Source of the DNA: Hypanus sabinus
Taxonomy: Eukaryota
DNA length: 64,000 nt
Direction of reading: 5' to 3'
NCBI RefSeq assembly: GCF_030144855.1
Contig: NW_026781644.1
Span: 1-64,000 of the forward strand
Under the pieces are notes generated by a model, which was given only the letters and a program-made list of their open reading frames with translations, had not been told where the DNA came from and searched no databases. This document shows, one piece after another, positions 25,911-38,176 of the stretch (position 1 is the stretch's first letter; every line of letters begins with the position of its first letter). Made by a program: the position numbers and the translations under genes.

Positions 25911-26817
25911 TGAATTTTCTGACAATTGTAATCCTTTCCCGGGGGAAGTGCGGCCTCTCCACCTGCACCACCGCTACCTGGTTGCCATGGCAACGGCGGA
26001 TCTACTGACTATTGACACCGAGGTCATTTTGTTTCAATTGAATGTGTACTACTTCCCGGTAAATTTCCTGTACATCACCCCTGTGTGCAGTGTTATCCAT
26101 GTACTGAGATTCACAGCCTCTGACTGCTCTGTCTGGTTCACCGTCGCTTTCACCTTTGATCGGTTTGTCATTATTTGCTGCACGAAGCTGAAAACGAAAC
26201 ATTGCACCGGGCAAACTGCGGCTGTGGTTCTAACAACAACCGGCGTACTGTTCTGCCTGAAAAACCTTCCGCGATATTTCACGTTGCAACACCTGATGAT
26301 CATCGACAATATACCGTGGCTCTGTGCTGTTTTGGAGAATTACTTCACTGACCCCGGGTGGGTTGGACACGACTGGTTTGATACATTTTTATTCCCATTT
26401 CTACCTTATGCTGGGGTCCTGCTGCTCAACGCTCTGACAGTCAGGCACATTTTAGTGGCCAGTCGGGTCCGTAAGGGGCTGAAGGGTGAGAGCAAGAGGG
26501 AGAGTCGCAGTGACCCGGAGATGGAGAGCAGGAGGAGGTCTGTGGTTTTACTCTTCACCCTCTCCGGCAGCTTCATCCTCCTGTGGATGACGTACACTGT
26601 AAATGTCATATATTATCAGGTTTCAGGAAAAGGATTCGATTTCAATGATTCTGAATGGATCTTTCACTACGTCGGGGGTTTCCTGAGGGATCTCAGCTGC
26701 TGCACCAACACCATTATTTATGCGGTCACACAGTCGAAATTCAGGGAGCACGTGATCAGTGCCGTGAAGTATCCGGTCACCTGGGTGCTTCAGCTCATTA
26801 ATGAATCCAGGTCCTGA
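25911..26817 (+). pseudogene. GPR139/GPR142-like rhodopsin-class GPCR main coding exon with a 1-nt frameshift near 25970 (pseudogene or assembly error)
   Basis: Acceptor ctctctgtcaag| then (V)NFLTIVILSRGKCGLSTCT; frame shifts to RYLVAMATADLL...SVWFTVAFTFDRFVIICC...CCTNTIIYAVTQSKFR (ORF 25867..26817). Six further TM segments, DRF and NxxxY motifs. Upstream first exon not located. Confidence 0.85.
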
Positions 26818-28734
26818 GTACAATCCAGAGGCGGCTGAAGAGTCTCCATTCCGGGCTCCAGCATATCAATTTCACCCTCAGTTATAATTCCCGGCCGGGT
26901 TGCCTCATCGACTGACTNNNNNNNNNNNNNNNNNNNNNNNNNNNNNNNNNNNNNNNNNNNNNNNNNNNNNNNNNNNNNNNNNNNNNNNNNNNNNNNNNNN
27001 NNNNNNNNNNNNNNNNNNNNNNNNNNNNNNNNNNNNNNNNNNNNNNNNNNNNNNNNNNNNNNNNNNNNNNNNNNNNNNNNNNNNNNNNNNNNNNNNNNNN
27101 NNNNNNNNNNNNNNNNNNNNNNNNNNNNNNNNNNNNNNNNNNNNNNNNNNNNNNNNNNNNNNNNNNNNNNNNNNNNNNNNNNNNNNNNNNNNNNNNNNNN
27201 NNNNNNNNNNNNNNNNNNNNNNNNNNNNNNNNNNNNNNNNNNNNNNNNNNNNNNNNNNNNNNNNNNNNNNNNNNNNNNNNNNNNNNNNNNNNNNNNNNNN
27301 NNNNNNNNNATAGGTGTTGCCAGAAAACCACAGTCTTGCCGATCCTGAACCCCCGCCCCACCAGATTTCAGTCAAAGAACTATTCCGGAAAGCTGACCAT
27401 CCATTGGTAAGCGAATATATCGATCTGTTCCCATTCACGTCCATCAATCTCAGTCCGACCTTGCCGCACTCTTCAGGTACTGTTTGTCTATTCGAATATC
27501 AATCACACCAGGTTCGGCCTTCCCCTTGAGTGAGTGGTTCACGGAAAAGGGGACAGGGCGGGATTTGAATAAGGAGCGGTGGACAGTCCAACCTAAATGC
27601 GCTTTCCTGCCACCAACTGGACTGTCAGACGGTGCTGGAAATTTGTAAATAAAACCTTCACTGCTTATTTTCTTTTCTGGTCAATGATAAATTAACCCCA
27701 AAACCCCACTAGATTACAGTCAAAGGAACAAAATGTTGTGAATTAAATTAAAATCCCTCCCATAAATTCAGAATTTTTTAAAATTAAAACTATTAACCTT
27801 AAAAATTGTATTGAATTGTCAATTTGATTTATTTCTATCTGATATGCCTCACTCTAAAATAGTATGTGTGCAACGTTTACATTTTGACAAAATCTGCACG
27901 ACCTAGAATGATGCCTTCCAACATGACATAAGTAAAAATTAAACAAAGTTTGGCCAATTCTAAGTCACGTCTATATAATTCCTTCCCGTCTTGTTTAACC
28001 GCCTTTTCCCATCAAGTCAACACTTTTACGTATTCAGTAATACATTCAGTAAATTGGTATGATATGTTAACCATTTGTTAAGCGCCCTTGTTCCCATCAT
28101 GCCAGAAGTCATGGAAAAAGCCCACAATTGTTAACCCCGCAATTCCTCAGCTTCTAATTTCTAAGTGGAAGGTCCATATCCATATCTTAACTGCTTTTCA
28201 GCAAAATAGTCAACTCGCTCCTTCCCCCCAACACCTCTGTGAGCAATGATATTGAAGAAGATGACATGCAAATCAATACGTTGTATGTGCAATTACAATT
28301 AATGATTTTATAACAGTAAATCTGACCTCCAGCAGAAAGAGCTGTTTTAAGACTCTTCAAATCAGAATAGTAATCTGAACAAATTACAACTCCACATGTA
28401 AAAATATTCCCCACCTACTGTCAGGCGAATATGTGGGAAGCCAATACTGCTGTGTATGCTGATAAATGGTTGTTATGTTGTTTCTGTATCATACCTGTAA
28501 TTCAGGCACTAATAGCACACCGACAATGCAAATTAAAGTATTGTTTGACCCACATGTAAACAGTGGTTGATATACCATACTAGTTTTCCTTAATATGTTT
28601 ATGAACTACTACTACTCAGGCCAAAAGGAATCCTTAGAATTTTCCAAACTGGTTAATCTAAACTCAATTAAACTCATGGGGATAAACAATGTAACGTTAG
28701 TGTTATGAACAATTTGTGGCATTTAAAATGCTAA

Positions 28735-30720
28735 TATGCAGGAACTTGGAAGCACAGTTCGGGAACAGACGTTCTCAGGGAAATGCACGGCAGAGATAGA
28801 GCAGGGGACAGAAGCACGGCGTTCTGCATTTGCATGTTCCATCGAGGCAGGGAATGAATGGAAGGTAAAAGAACCATGGTGTGCAAGAGATGTGAAGAAT
28901 CTGGATTCGAAGACATGAAAACGCGACAGGTTCAAATAAAAAGCTGGATACTTACAGAGTTCCAGGTAATTACAAGCTTGCCAGGAAGGAACTGAAGAAT
29001 AAAATTAGGAGAGTTAGGAAACTCTGAAGGTCTTGGTGAGGTGGATTAAGGAAAACCACATGGTAAAGTATGTGAAGAGCAAGAAGTGGAGCCGTGTCAG
29101 AATAGGAACAGTGAGGGGCAGTAGTGGAAGCGCGTGCATGGAATCGGAGGAGGTAGCAGAGGTACTTAATGAGATTGAGAAAAAGGGTGTGTTCAGGGTT
29201 TTGAAAGGTATTAAGTTAGATAATTCACCGAGACAGCCTGCTGTGGTGGGAAACGATGAAAGAGATTGCTGAGTCTCTGATAATGATCTTTGCATCATCA
29301 CTTGGGTGGAAGTAAGTACTGGAAGAAGGGAAAGTCGCAAATGTTGTTTCTTGTTCAAGAAAGGGATTAGGGATAACCCATTAAATTATTGACTAGTGAC
29401 GTGGGCAGGTTGTTGGAGAAGATCCTGGGAGTCATGACTCGTGAGTCTTTGGTGTGACATAATCAGATTAGCGGTAGTCAGCATGGGTTTTTCAAGGACA
29501 TGTCGTGCATTACAGACCTGATAGAATTATCAGACAATGAAACTACATTCATTGATGAAGTTAGGGCAATGGAGGTAGTATACGTGGATTTCAGTATGGC
29601 TTTTGATAATGTCCCCCACGCGAGGCTCATTCAGAAATTTAGGAGGCATGGGATCCAATGAGACGTGCCATGTTTACCTTGAATTAGCTTGCCCACAGAA
29701 GGCAAAGGGTGGTTATAGATGGTTTGTATTCTGCATGGGATATAGTGACCAGTGGTGATCCGCGGAGATCTGTTCTGGGATCTCTCCTTATTGCGATTTT
29801 TGTAAATGACCTGGAAGAGGAAGTAGAGGGGTGTGTTAGTACGTTTACTAATGACACAACAATTGGCAGTGTGGTGGCTAGTCTGGAGGGTGGTCAGAAA
29901 TTACAGCGGGACGTCGATATGTTGCAGAGCTGGGCTGAGAAGCGGTTGATGGAGTTCAACCCAGGTATGTATAAAGCGGTTCATTTCGGTACATCAAATT
30001 TGAGTACATAATATAATATTAATGATAAGACTCTTGGCAGTGTGGAATATCAGCGAGAAATTGGGATCCTTATCCATCCATAAGATTTTCAAAGATGCTG
30101 CGCAGGAAGTCGGTGAGCTTTCATCAACCCTAGAATTGAGATCGAGAACGTGGATGTACAGTTAAGGTTAAATAGGAACTTAGGTAGACCCCATTTCTTT
30201 TCATTTCACGCAGGAAGAATGTGGATCAATTCGAGTGCAAAGGAGATTCGTAAGGATATTGCCTGGATGGAAGCGTATTCCTGATGAAATATGTTGAGTG
30301 AACACGACCTGTTCTCCTTGGACCGACGGTTGATGAGAGAGATCTATTCCATGATGTAAGGTATTCATCGTGTGGATGGCCAGAGGCTTTGTCCGTGTTG
30401 TGAAGTGGCAAACACTAGGGGGCGTACTTTTAAGGTGTTTGGCAGTAGGTCCGGGTGCGGGGTGTGGGAGGAAGTCAGGGTTAAGTTTATTCACACAGAG
30501 TTTGGTGGGTCCGTGCAATAGACTGCGGGCTCAGTGATGGAGGCGGAATAATTAGGGACTTTTAAGGATCTTTTCGACAGGTAAGTATTTAGATAAAAAA
30601 TGACGGGTATGCGGTAGGGAATTTTAGGTAGATTCCAGAACAGGTTACATGGATGGTACAACATTGTGGGCCGAAGGGTCTTTAATGTTCTGTAGATTTC
30701 TATGTGATATGTTCTATGTT
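28735..30720 (+). mobile_element. Degraded CR1 LINE RT region to tail
   Basis: ESEEVAEVLNE, SQHGFFK, SVLGSLLIAIFVNDLEEEVEG, MEFNPG; tail ttctatgtgatatgttctatgtt. Confidence 0.85.
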
Positions 30721-31149
30721 GGGCACACTTTTCATTATCCCACGATTGCATCGTTACAGCGGGGCCTGTGGCGACGGAGAGAAGAATTGGTGTTGCATCG
30801 CCTCCGGCTCGAGTACTCCGGTCCCCGCAACGAAAGCCGTGAATTCTTACTCCGGCTTTTAGGTGAATCAAGTCCTTCCAGAGGCGGCCGACCAGAGATG
30901 CTCACAGTTTTTCAGACGTGGTCTCAACAACATAGAATGGCACAGCAGGAAATCAGGCCCTGCTGCTCAATGTGCTTTTCTGAACCTATGGACATGCTCA
31001 TTGTATGCCTTGTCAAATCAATCCTTTCAACCTGAGCTAGGTCTGCATAACTCCATTCTCAACACATTCATCTGGTATCTAATAACCTCTATCACATCTG
31101 CATCCTCCACCGCCACTTGCATTCATTCACTGTGCCCACCACGATGAGT

Positions 31150-31557
31150 ATACAAATCAAAACTTGTAACAATCTCTTCTCCCTCCTGCCTTCTGGGTAA
31201 ATGCTCCGAAGCATTCGGGCTCTCACGACTAGACTATGTAACAGTTTCTTCCCCCAAGTTATCAGACTCCTCAATGCCCAGAGCCTGGACTGACACCTTA
31301 CTGCCCTATTGTCCTGTTTATTATTTATTGTAATGCCTGCACTGTTTTTTGTTCACTTTATGCAGTCCTGGGTAGGTGTGTAGTCTAGTGTAGCTTTCTC
31401 TGCGTTGTTTTTTTTTTTTTACGTAGTTCAGTCTAGTTTTTGTGCTGTGTCTTGTAACACCATGGTCCTGAAAAACGCTGTCTCGTTTTTACTGTATACT
31501 GTACCATCAGTTATGGTCGAAATGACAATAAAGGTGACTTGACTTGACTTGACTTGA
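31150..31557 (+). mobile_element. Rex1/Babar-type LINE 3' end
   Basis: LFSLLPSG..LRSIRALTTRLCNSFFPQVIRLLN, then AATAAA and a (GACTT)n tail. Confidence 0.8.
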
Positions 31558-31799
31558 ACGCACATCTTCTCTGAACATTCTGAGTCAGGTTTAACATCAC
31601 TATCTGACTAAAGTGTGTCTTTACAGCAGCAGTGTCGGGAAAATATACAGAACATCCACGAAGTTACACACTGCAGAAACAGTGCAAGAAGGAAATATTG
31701 AGTTACTGTTCTTCCTTTCTAATGAACTATATGCCCTCTGGCCATTTAAAGGTCCTCCTCAGAGAAAGAAATGCCGACTGTCCACACTGCTTGTGCCCA

Positions 31800-32855
31800 C
31801 GTTACCAAGGATAAACTGCTCTGATGGGCAGAAGGGTGCAGAGTTGCCCATGTCTCCCGCTTGGGAGAATCACAAACCGTTACTCTTGCCACGCTGCTCA
31901 TGAGAGAGAATGAGAGAGACACACAGATAAGAGGAAAACAAATTGAATCATCTGCTGCTGATAAGAGGGAGGAGAGAAGCCAATGATTTACTGTTATGTC
32001 TTTTGGAGAGGGCTGTTTACTTGGTCCTATTTTGTTCATTAAAATTCCTCAGTGGACAGCCGGAGTGGGCTGGTTTGATGCACTAAGCCTTTCAAAACTG
32101 ATTGACACCTGAGACCCCGTGAGTAGGAAAAAAAGTGAGTTCTGGGGAGACACCCCTCAGACACACCAGGAGACACACTAGTGAGCACTGCTTAAATGTT
32201 GGAACCCACAAAAAAAGTGAGGGGCATCGGAGACCGAACGAAGAATCAGTCAATTTTAACAAACAGTGTTTATAGCGAGGCCGGTGGGGGCTTGGTTGTG
32301 TGTCCACCCTTGCCTAGGTGACGAGTACACCATTGAAGAACGGTCTAGCTAAAGGACAGAGGGGTCATACCTGAATGGCCGCAACAACATATCGACGGAT
32401 CCAGAAAATAAAAGGTTTGATTGACNNNNNNNNNNNNNNNNNNNNNNNNNNNNNNNNNNNNNNNNNNNNNNNNNNNNNNNNNNNNNNNNNNNNNNNNNNN
32501 NNNNNNNNNNNNNNNNNNNNNNNNNNNNNNNNNNNNNNNNNNNNNNNNNNNNNNNNNNNNNNNNNNNNNNNNNNNNNNNNNNNNNNNNNACGGTTACAAC
32601 AAAAGAACCAACAACTACCTCAGCCTTCATGAACTGAACTGAAATTTATACTTTCCCATGTTAATGAATTATCCCCTAGACAACGATAGAGCTTGATTAT
32701 TATTATACCCACACTTTTAGGTATAGTATTGCTAACGTGGATTATCTGTATATTTGCATTGTTGATATTGATTTGTATATTTGACTAATAAACACTGTTT
32801 TGAAAATCGTAACAGACTCCAACGGATACTTGTATCTTTGCTGGTAAGACTCCCG
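31800..32855 (+). mobile_element. LTR copy (3'-truncated, spans an N gap), inverted relative to 49690-50646
   Basis: Colinear with the reverse complement of 49690-50646 (e.g. aaaattcctcagtggacagccggagtgggctggtttgatg; aataaacactg). Confidence 0.75.
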
Positions 32856-34583
32856 GTGGTCGATAATCAGGAGTTCATACCTCTCTTATTCCTCAGTTCA
32901 CCTCGAAAAACTCGCCTCAGCCTAAACTACATATACATTAGAACAACCAAAACAGTGGTTAACTGGGAGGGTGAGATAACAGACTTGCCCCTCCTGCTAA
33001 AAAATCTTACAAATGGCTAAACCATCATGTTTCCAGTCGTTGCCCCCTACCCTGAGCTCATCTGCCTTTTGTTCAATACTTCCTACATTGAACTGGAGGC
33101 AGCTCAGAACATGAGTCTCAACGGGCTCAGCCTTGTTGCTTCCTGACTTTGTCTGAGGCCTTAACAACATCTTCCAACAATGATTCCACTATCTGTACAA
33201 TCATTCTGGTTATCATCCCCCTGCAACTCGATCTTAAACAACACAACGACACTTTTTTTTTAATGGCAAACATTCGCGCTGGGATATTAGGTTCACTCCG
33301 GTTCAGGTGTAAACTGACAGGTTGCCAGATGGCGGAGGAAATGAAGGAGCTTCACAACGAGGGGCGGTGTGGTGCGGCCTCCAGGCAGGGCTCTGTGCTG
33401 TCTCCCAGCGTTCGCTTGGCAAGCTCAGTTGTTGTAGTTTGTAGATTTCGGTGGTTTTTAATGCGCCTAGAACCTGAAACTGTTTATATATGTAAATGCA
33501 CGCTTGTGCGGCCGTGTACATAAAGCGTTAAAGTATTTCATATATGCTTCTAATCTTTCTATTTTATACATATTGTATGTGCGGTGTGCCTCGTGTGACA
33601 GTTGGTATTTCGTTTAGTAGCTTGGCCCTGGCGGTAATGTGTGCTGAAATTGCAATTAAGCTTAAAATGAATTGAATTGAAATGAAATGAAACCGTCTCA
33701 ACAATAGACGGCGCACCTTCCGAGGAAGAGATCCCAGTGATTCACATATCTGAACACCTCGTTCCAATCCTAACATTTTAGCCACATTTTAGGCTGAATG
33801 TACTTTCTAATTTTGGGCACACCTGCACATACACAAGTTTGTGGATCTGGCTCCCTTACGATAACGCCAGCATTCCATCGAGGAATCTCGTTCTCGTCCA
33901 CAATAGTTTTTATTTCGACTTCACCAACAAAGACAACCCTATCAATACAGCTCACCATATCTCAGTCTATTCATTTCTAAGACACAGAACCACAGTCAGT
34001 GCCAGACACCTGACCGGTGAGACTTTCCCCGGCTTGGTAATTTGCACCTCTCTCCTCCCATCCGGAAGTATCCAGAGTGGTCTACCTGTTATTGAGCGGG
34101 TTGTCCACAATGGGTCTCTGCACTGACTCTGGCTTTTAACACCTTTCACCTTCCTGGCTCTCACGCAGTTTCCTGTATCCTACACATCAGGTGCAAATAC
34201 ATCTCTGTATGTCTTCCCTGTCACCCCCTCGGCTTTCCGAATGATCCCGAGTTTCAGATCCAACTCTGTAACACAGTGTGTTAGAAGATGCATCTGGATA
34301 GCCTTCCTACAAGTGAAGTTGTCAGGAGCTCTTGAGGACTCCCTGCCTTCCCACATCTCGCAAAGGAGTATTCAACTGTCCGGCCAGACATTGCTACTGC
34401 TCTGACCTTGCGAATATAAAGAAAGAAACAATAATTAATCAGTAAACAAATCCACCAACAGTTCTGTGTCTTCTCTCACCCAAGCTTCCTCCTTGAAGAG
34501 TCAAAGATAGAAACCTTCTTATTTCCGCTCAAAACCAATTTCCCGCTGCTCTATCCCTCTATTCTGGCTCATCACTCACACAA

Positions 34584-34614
<31 letters not shown>

Positions 34615-34619
34615 CACAC

Positions 34620-34880
34620 AGTGAAAATCTCTCCACACCATCCCATTCAACACGTCTAGGTTCAGACACAGACTGGATCTCCATCCACACCGTCTCAGCA
34701 TACACTTCCGGGGTCAGACACAGTGAAGCTCCCTCCACACTCACTCCCGGGGACAGGCACAGAGTGAAACTCCCTCCAAACAGTCGCATCACACTCTCCT
34801 GAATTTAGACACTGGGTGACGCTTTCTCCGGACCGTCCTAGCGCACACAACCGGGTTCAGGCACAAATTGAAGCTCACTG
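34620..34880 (-). repeat. 52-bp minisatellite, degenerate
   Basis: ggtcagacacagtgaagctccctccacac units. Confidence 0.75.
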
Positions 34881-36433
34881 CCCCGGGTCCCTTCAGAAAC
34901 TACGATGTTCCGAAGCTTCCCTCTCACCAATCCCCAAAACTCTGCCGATCCTGAAGTCTTGAATTGTGTGCCGGCTCGTAGAATGTGTATGCGTTTCTGT
35001 TCCGGAAGTGTGCAGGGAACAGGATGGAATTGGAAGAAGGGTTGGTTTTGTCGGGAGCACGGATATGGTGGTGAGATAGCGGTCACTGGGATGAATTGTT
35101 ATCGATCCAAACGATCGGCCTGTTCACACAGCACATTGCAGAGGCTCAGAAGCGAGTGATCGATATCCGGAGGAAGGGGGCTGGATGGAGAAACAACAGA
35201 GGTTACTTCTCCCCCTTACTCCCCAAATATCCATATAAACTGAGAGAGAGGGAAACGGGTCGAGCAGGAAGAGGATTAATAGAATCGTGGTGGACCTGCA
35301 GGGGAGCGCGTCAGGGAGACGGGGAGAGGATTTGTGGAAGGAGGAGATAACGGAGGCGGCACGCAGTGTAGGGGATGGAGGGGTGATTTAGACAGGGTTT
35401 GTAGAAGTAGATGGCGGAGGGGTAAACGGGGAGGGCTGTAGGGGAGTCGTGGATGACGGTGACGAGGATGGTCGGCTGGGAAGGAGGGTCGACGAGGAAC
35501 AGGAGGCGGAAAACTCAATGCACCAGGAAGACCTTCTTCCCCTCCGCCAGAATAGTATTGAACGCATCAGCACCACCTCCACATTTTTGCGGCATTTATT
35601 AGCTTTTTGCATTTGACATTAATTTTACATATTTGCGCGCTGCTGATCCTTCGAAATAACAAATCTCAGGTGGTCTAAGTCACAGATAATAAAACAGACC
35701 GTGAATCCGGTAGAAAAGTTGCGATACAGGTGGACAGGACATTTGACACGCTGGCCTTCATCAGTCAGGACACTGAGTCCGGGAGTCGGAGGTCACGTTG
35801 CAGTTGCAGATGACGTCGGTCAGGCCGCACTTGGAGTATGGAGTTCAGTGCTGCTTGCCTTGCTCCAAGAAAAATCTCAACGAACTGGAAAGATTGCAGA
35901 GGGAGATTTCCAAGGATGCTGCCGGGACAGGGAGGAACTCAGTAATGGAGCGAGGATGGGAATTCTGAGACTTCTTTCAGTGACCTCATAGAGGTGTATA
36001 AAACTACAAGCGGCACGGCTAAGGCGAATGCATGCACTCTATTTCCCCAGGGCGCGGGTACGAGAACATTGACGAACATGATTAAGGTGAGAGTAGCTGA
36101 AGACAGAAGCGGGAGAGCGAGTGGTGTAGAGTCAAGGGAACAAGAGGAATGCGGAGAGTGAGTAGAGGGGGAATAGAGAATCGAGGGAGAGACCGGGATA
36201 GAAGGGTGAAGAGTTGGGAGGAAGGGAGGCGAGAGTCGTGGTGGTGGGGGGGGGGTAGAAAAATGCAAATGAAATGGAGCCGAGAGTGGAGAGGGATGAG
36301 AGAGAGAGTTTATCGGGACGAGGGTAAAGAGAGAGTGAGATGGTAAGATTACCCTAAGGGTAAGGGACAGAGCGGATGGGTTAATGTGAGTCAAAGAAGG
36401 AAATGGGTTAGAAAGAGCGCGTTATCATTTGAT

Positions 36434-36626
36434 TCAAGTCGGACCCACTGCCTGTTGACAGAGAATCTGGATCTGGTCAGAAATCCCTGGGCATAAATGT
36501 GCAGACTTCTCACAGATGAAGCGCTGACGAAACTCAGTGCAAATCTCAAACTCGCCGAACCATTCACATGTACCGCATTCGAAGCCTCCAGCTTTTATCT
36601 GGTACACGACATTCGTGGCCATTTTC
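36434..36626 (-). CDS. Gene B CTLD exon 3 (193 nt to stop)
   Basis: ccctgatag|; ORF 36434..36622 ending [29 protein letters not shown]. Confidence 0.9.
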
Positions 36627-38096
36627 CTATCAGGGAGGGGTAAAGAATTTCAATGCACCTCCAGCTGGCAGCTGTGTGTCAATCCCCTACTTCACAGACG
36701 CCCTCCCTCACCATTGGCCTGTGGCACCCCAAAATCTCCCACATCCCCCCCTTACAGTAACCGCAATACTCAAACTGACCCACTCTCTCTCTCTCTGCAG
36801 CCCTGCGTCAGACCCCAAAGTAATCCCTTCCCTCACTATCTCCCCACAGATCGGTTTCAGAGACCAGAATAATAACAGTGCCCAACATTCTCCTCACAGC
36901 TCCGTGTCAGTCCCCAAAATATTCCTGTAGCGCCAGTGTCCCCCAAAGCCCCATGTCAGTCCTCAAAATGTTCCCACGTCTTTAATGTCTCCCCACAGAA
37001 CTGTGTTATCTGTCTAAGTACTCACACTCACCACCTCCACCCCACCGATCAGTGTCAGTCCAAGGTACACCCACTGGCTGACTCTCTCCCCACAGCACCC
37101 AAAGTCCCCGAAATAATCCCACTGCTCAACCCTCTTCTTAGAGACCTGTGTCAATCATCAAAACATCTCCCACGTCCCATGCACTCCACGGACGTGTCTC
37201 TCTGAACCACTGAACCATTCTCTCCCCACAGATCTGTGTCTGAACCCAAAGTACACCCCTCCCTCATCTCTCCCCACGGACATGTGACAGACCCCAACAT
37301 ACTGCCACTCCTTCACACTCTCAAACAACGTTGGTCAGTTCCCAACAGAGCACCATAGTCCCCAAACGTTCCCGCAGCCTGTGCCAGACCGCAAACTAAA
37401 CCCACCGCCCACTCGACTCTCGCAACCTGTATCAATCTCACGACTCATTTTATTCTCAGGAACATGCAAGACCCCAAATCTCACCCATCTTTGCATTTTC
37501 CAATCCAGAATGCACTGCCTTGGTCCTGGACAAATTTCTTTACAAAATTCTGTGAAATTAGAGGACTATCATGAATGATTGAATTTCAGGTGTGTCACGT
37601 TATGTCTGACCCAGGGAGAGTGTGAAGGGGTAGCGCAGAAGGAGTTATATCTGTATCTCACTCCAGGAGAATGAGATGGCAAGATGCATAAAGCATCCGG
37701 GAACATGTGATGGGACGGTGTGGAGGAAGATTCACCCTGTGTCTGACCCCGGGTGTCTGTGATGGGACGGTGTGGAGGGAGATTCCCTCTGTGTCTGACC
37801 CCGGGTGTCTGTGATGGGACGGTGTGGAGGGAGCTTCACTCTGTGTCTGACCCCGGGAGTGTGTGATGGGACTGTATGGAGGGAGATTCACTCTGTGTCT
37901 GCCCACTAGGGTGTGTGATGGGACGGTGTGGAGGGAGATTCATTCTGTGTCTGACCACGGGAGTGTGTGATGGGACGGTGTGGAGGGTGATTCACTCTGT
38001 GTCTGACAGCGGGTGTCTGTGATGGCGCAGCGTGGAGTGAGATTCACCCTGTGACTGACCCCGGGAGTGTGTGGTAGGACGATGTGGAGGGAGATT

Positions 38097-38176
<80 letters not shown>

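Noticed and set aside
26882-27447. ORFs spanning N runs (also 15538-15945, 32349-32642, 47682-48209, 56465-56911)
   Set aside because: Artefacts of assembly gaps.
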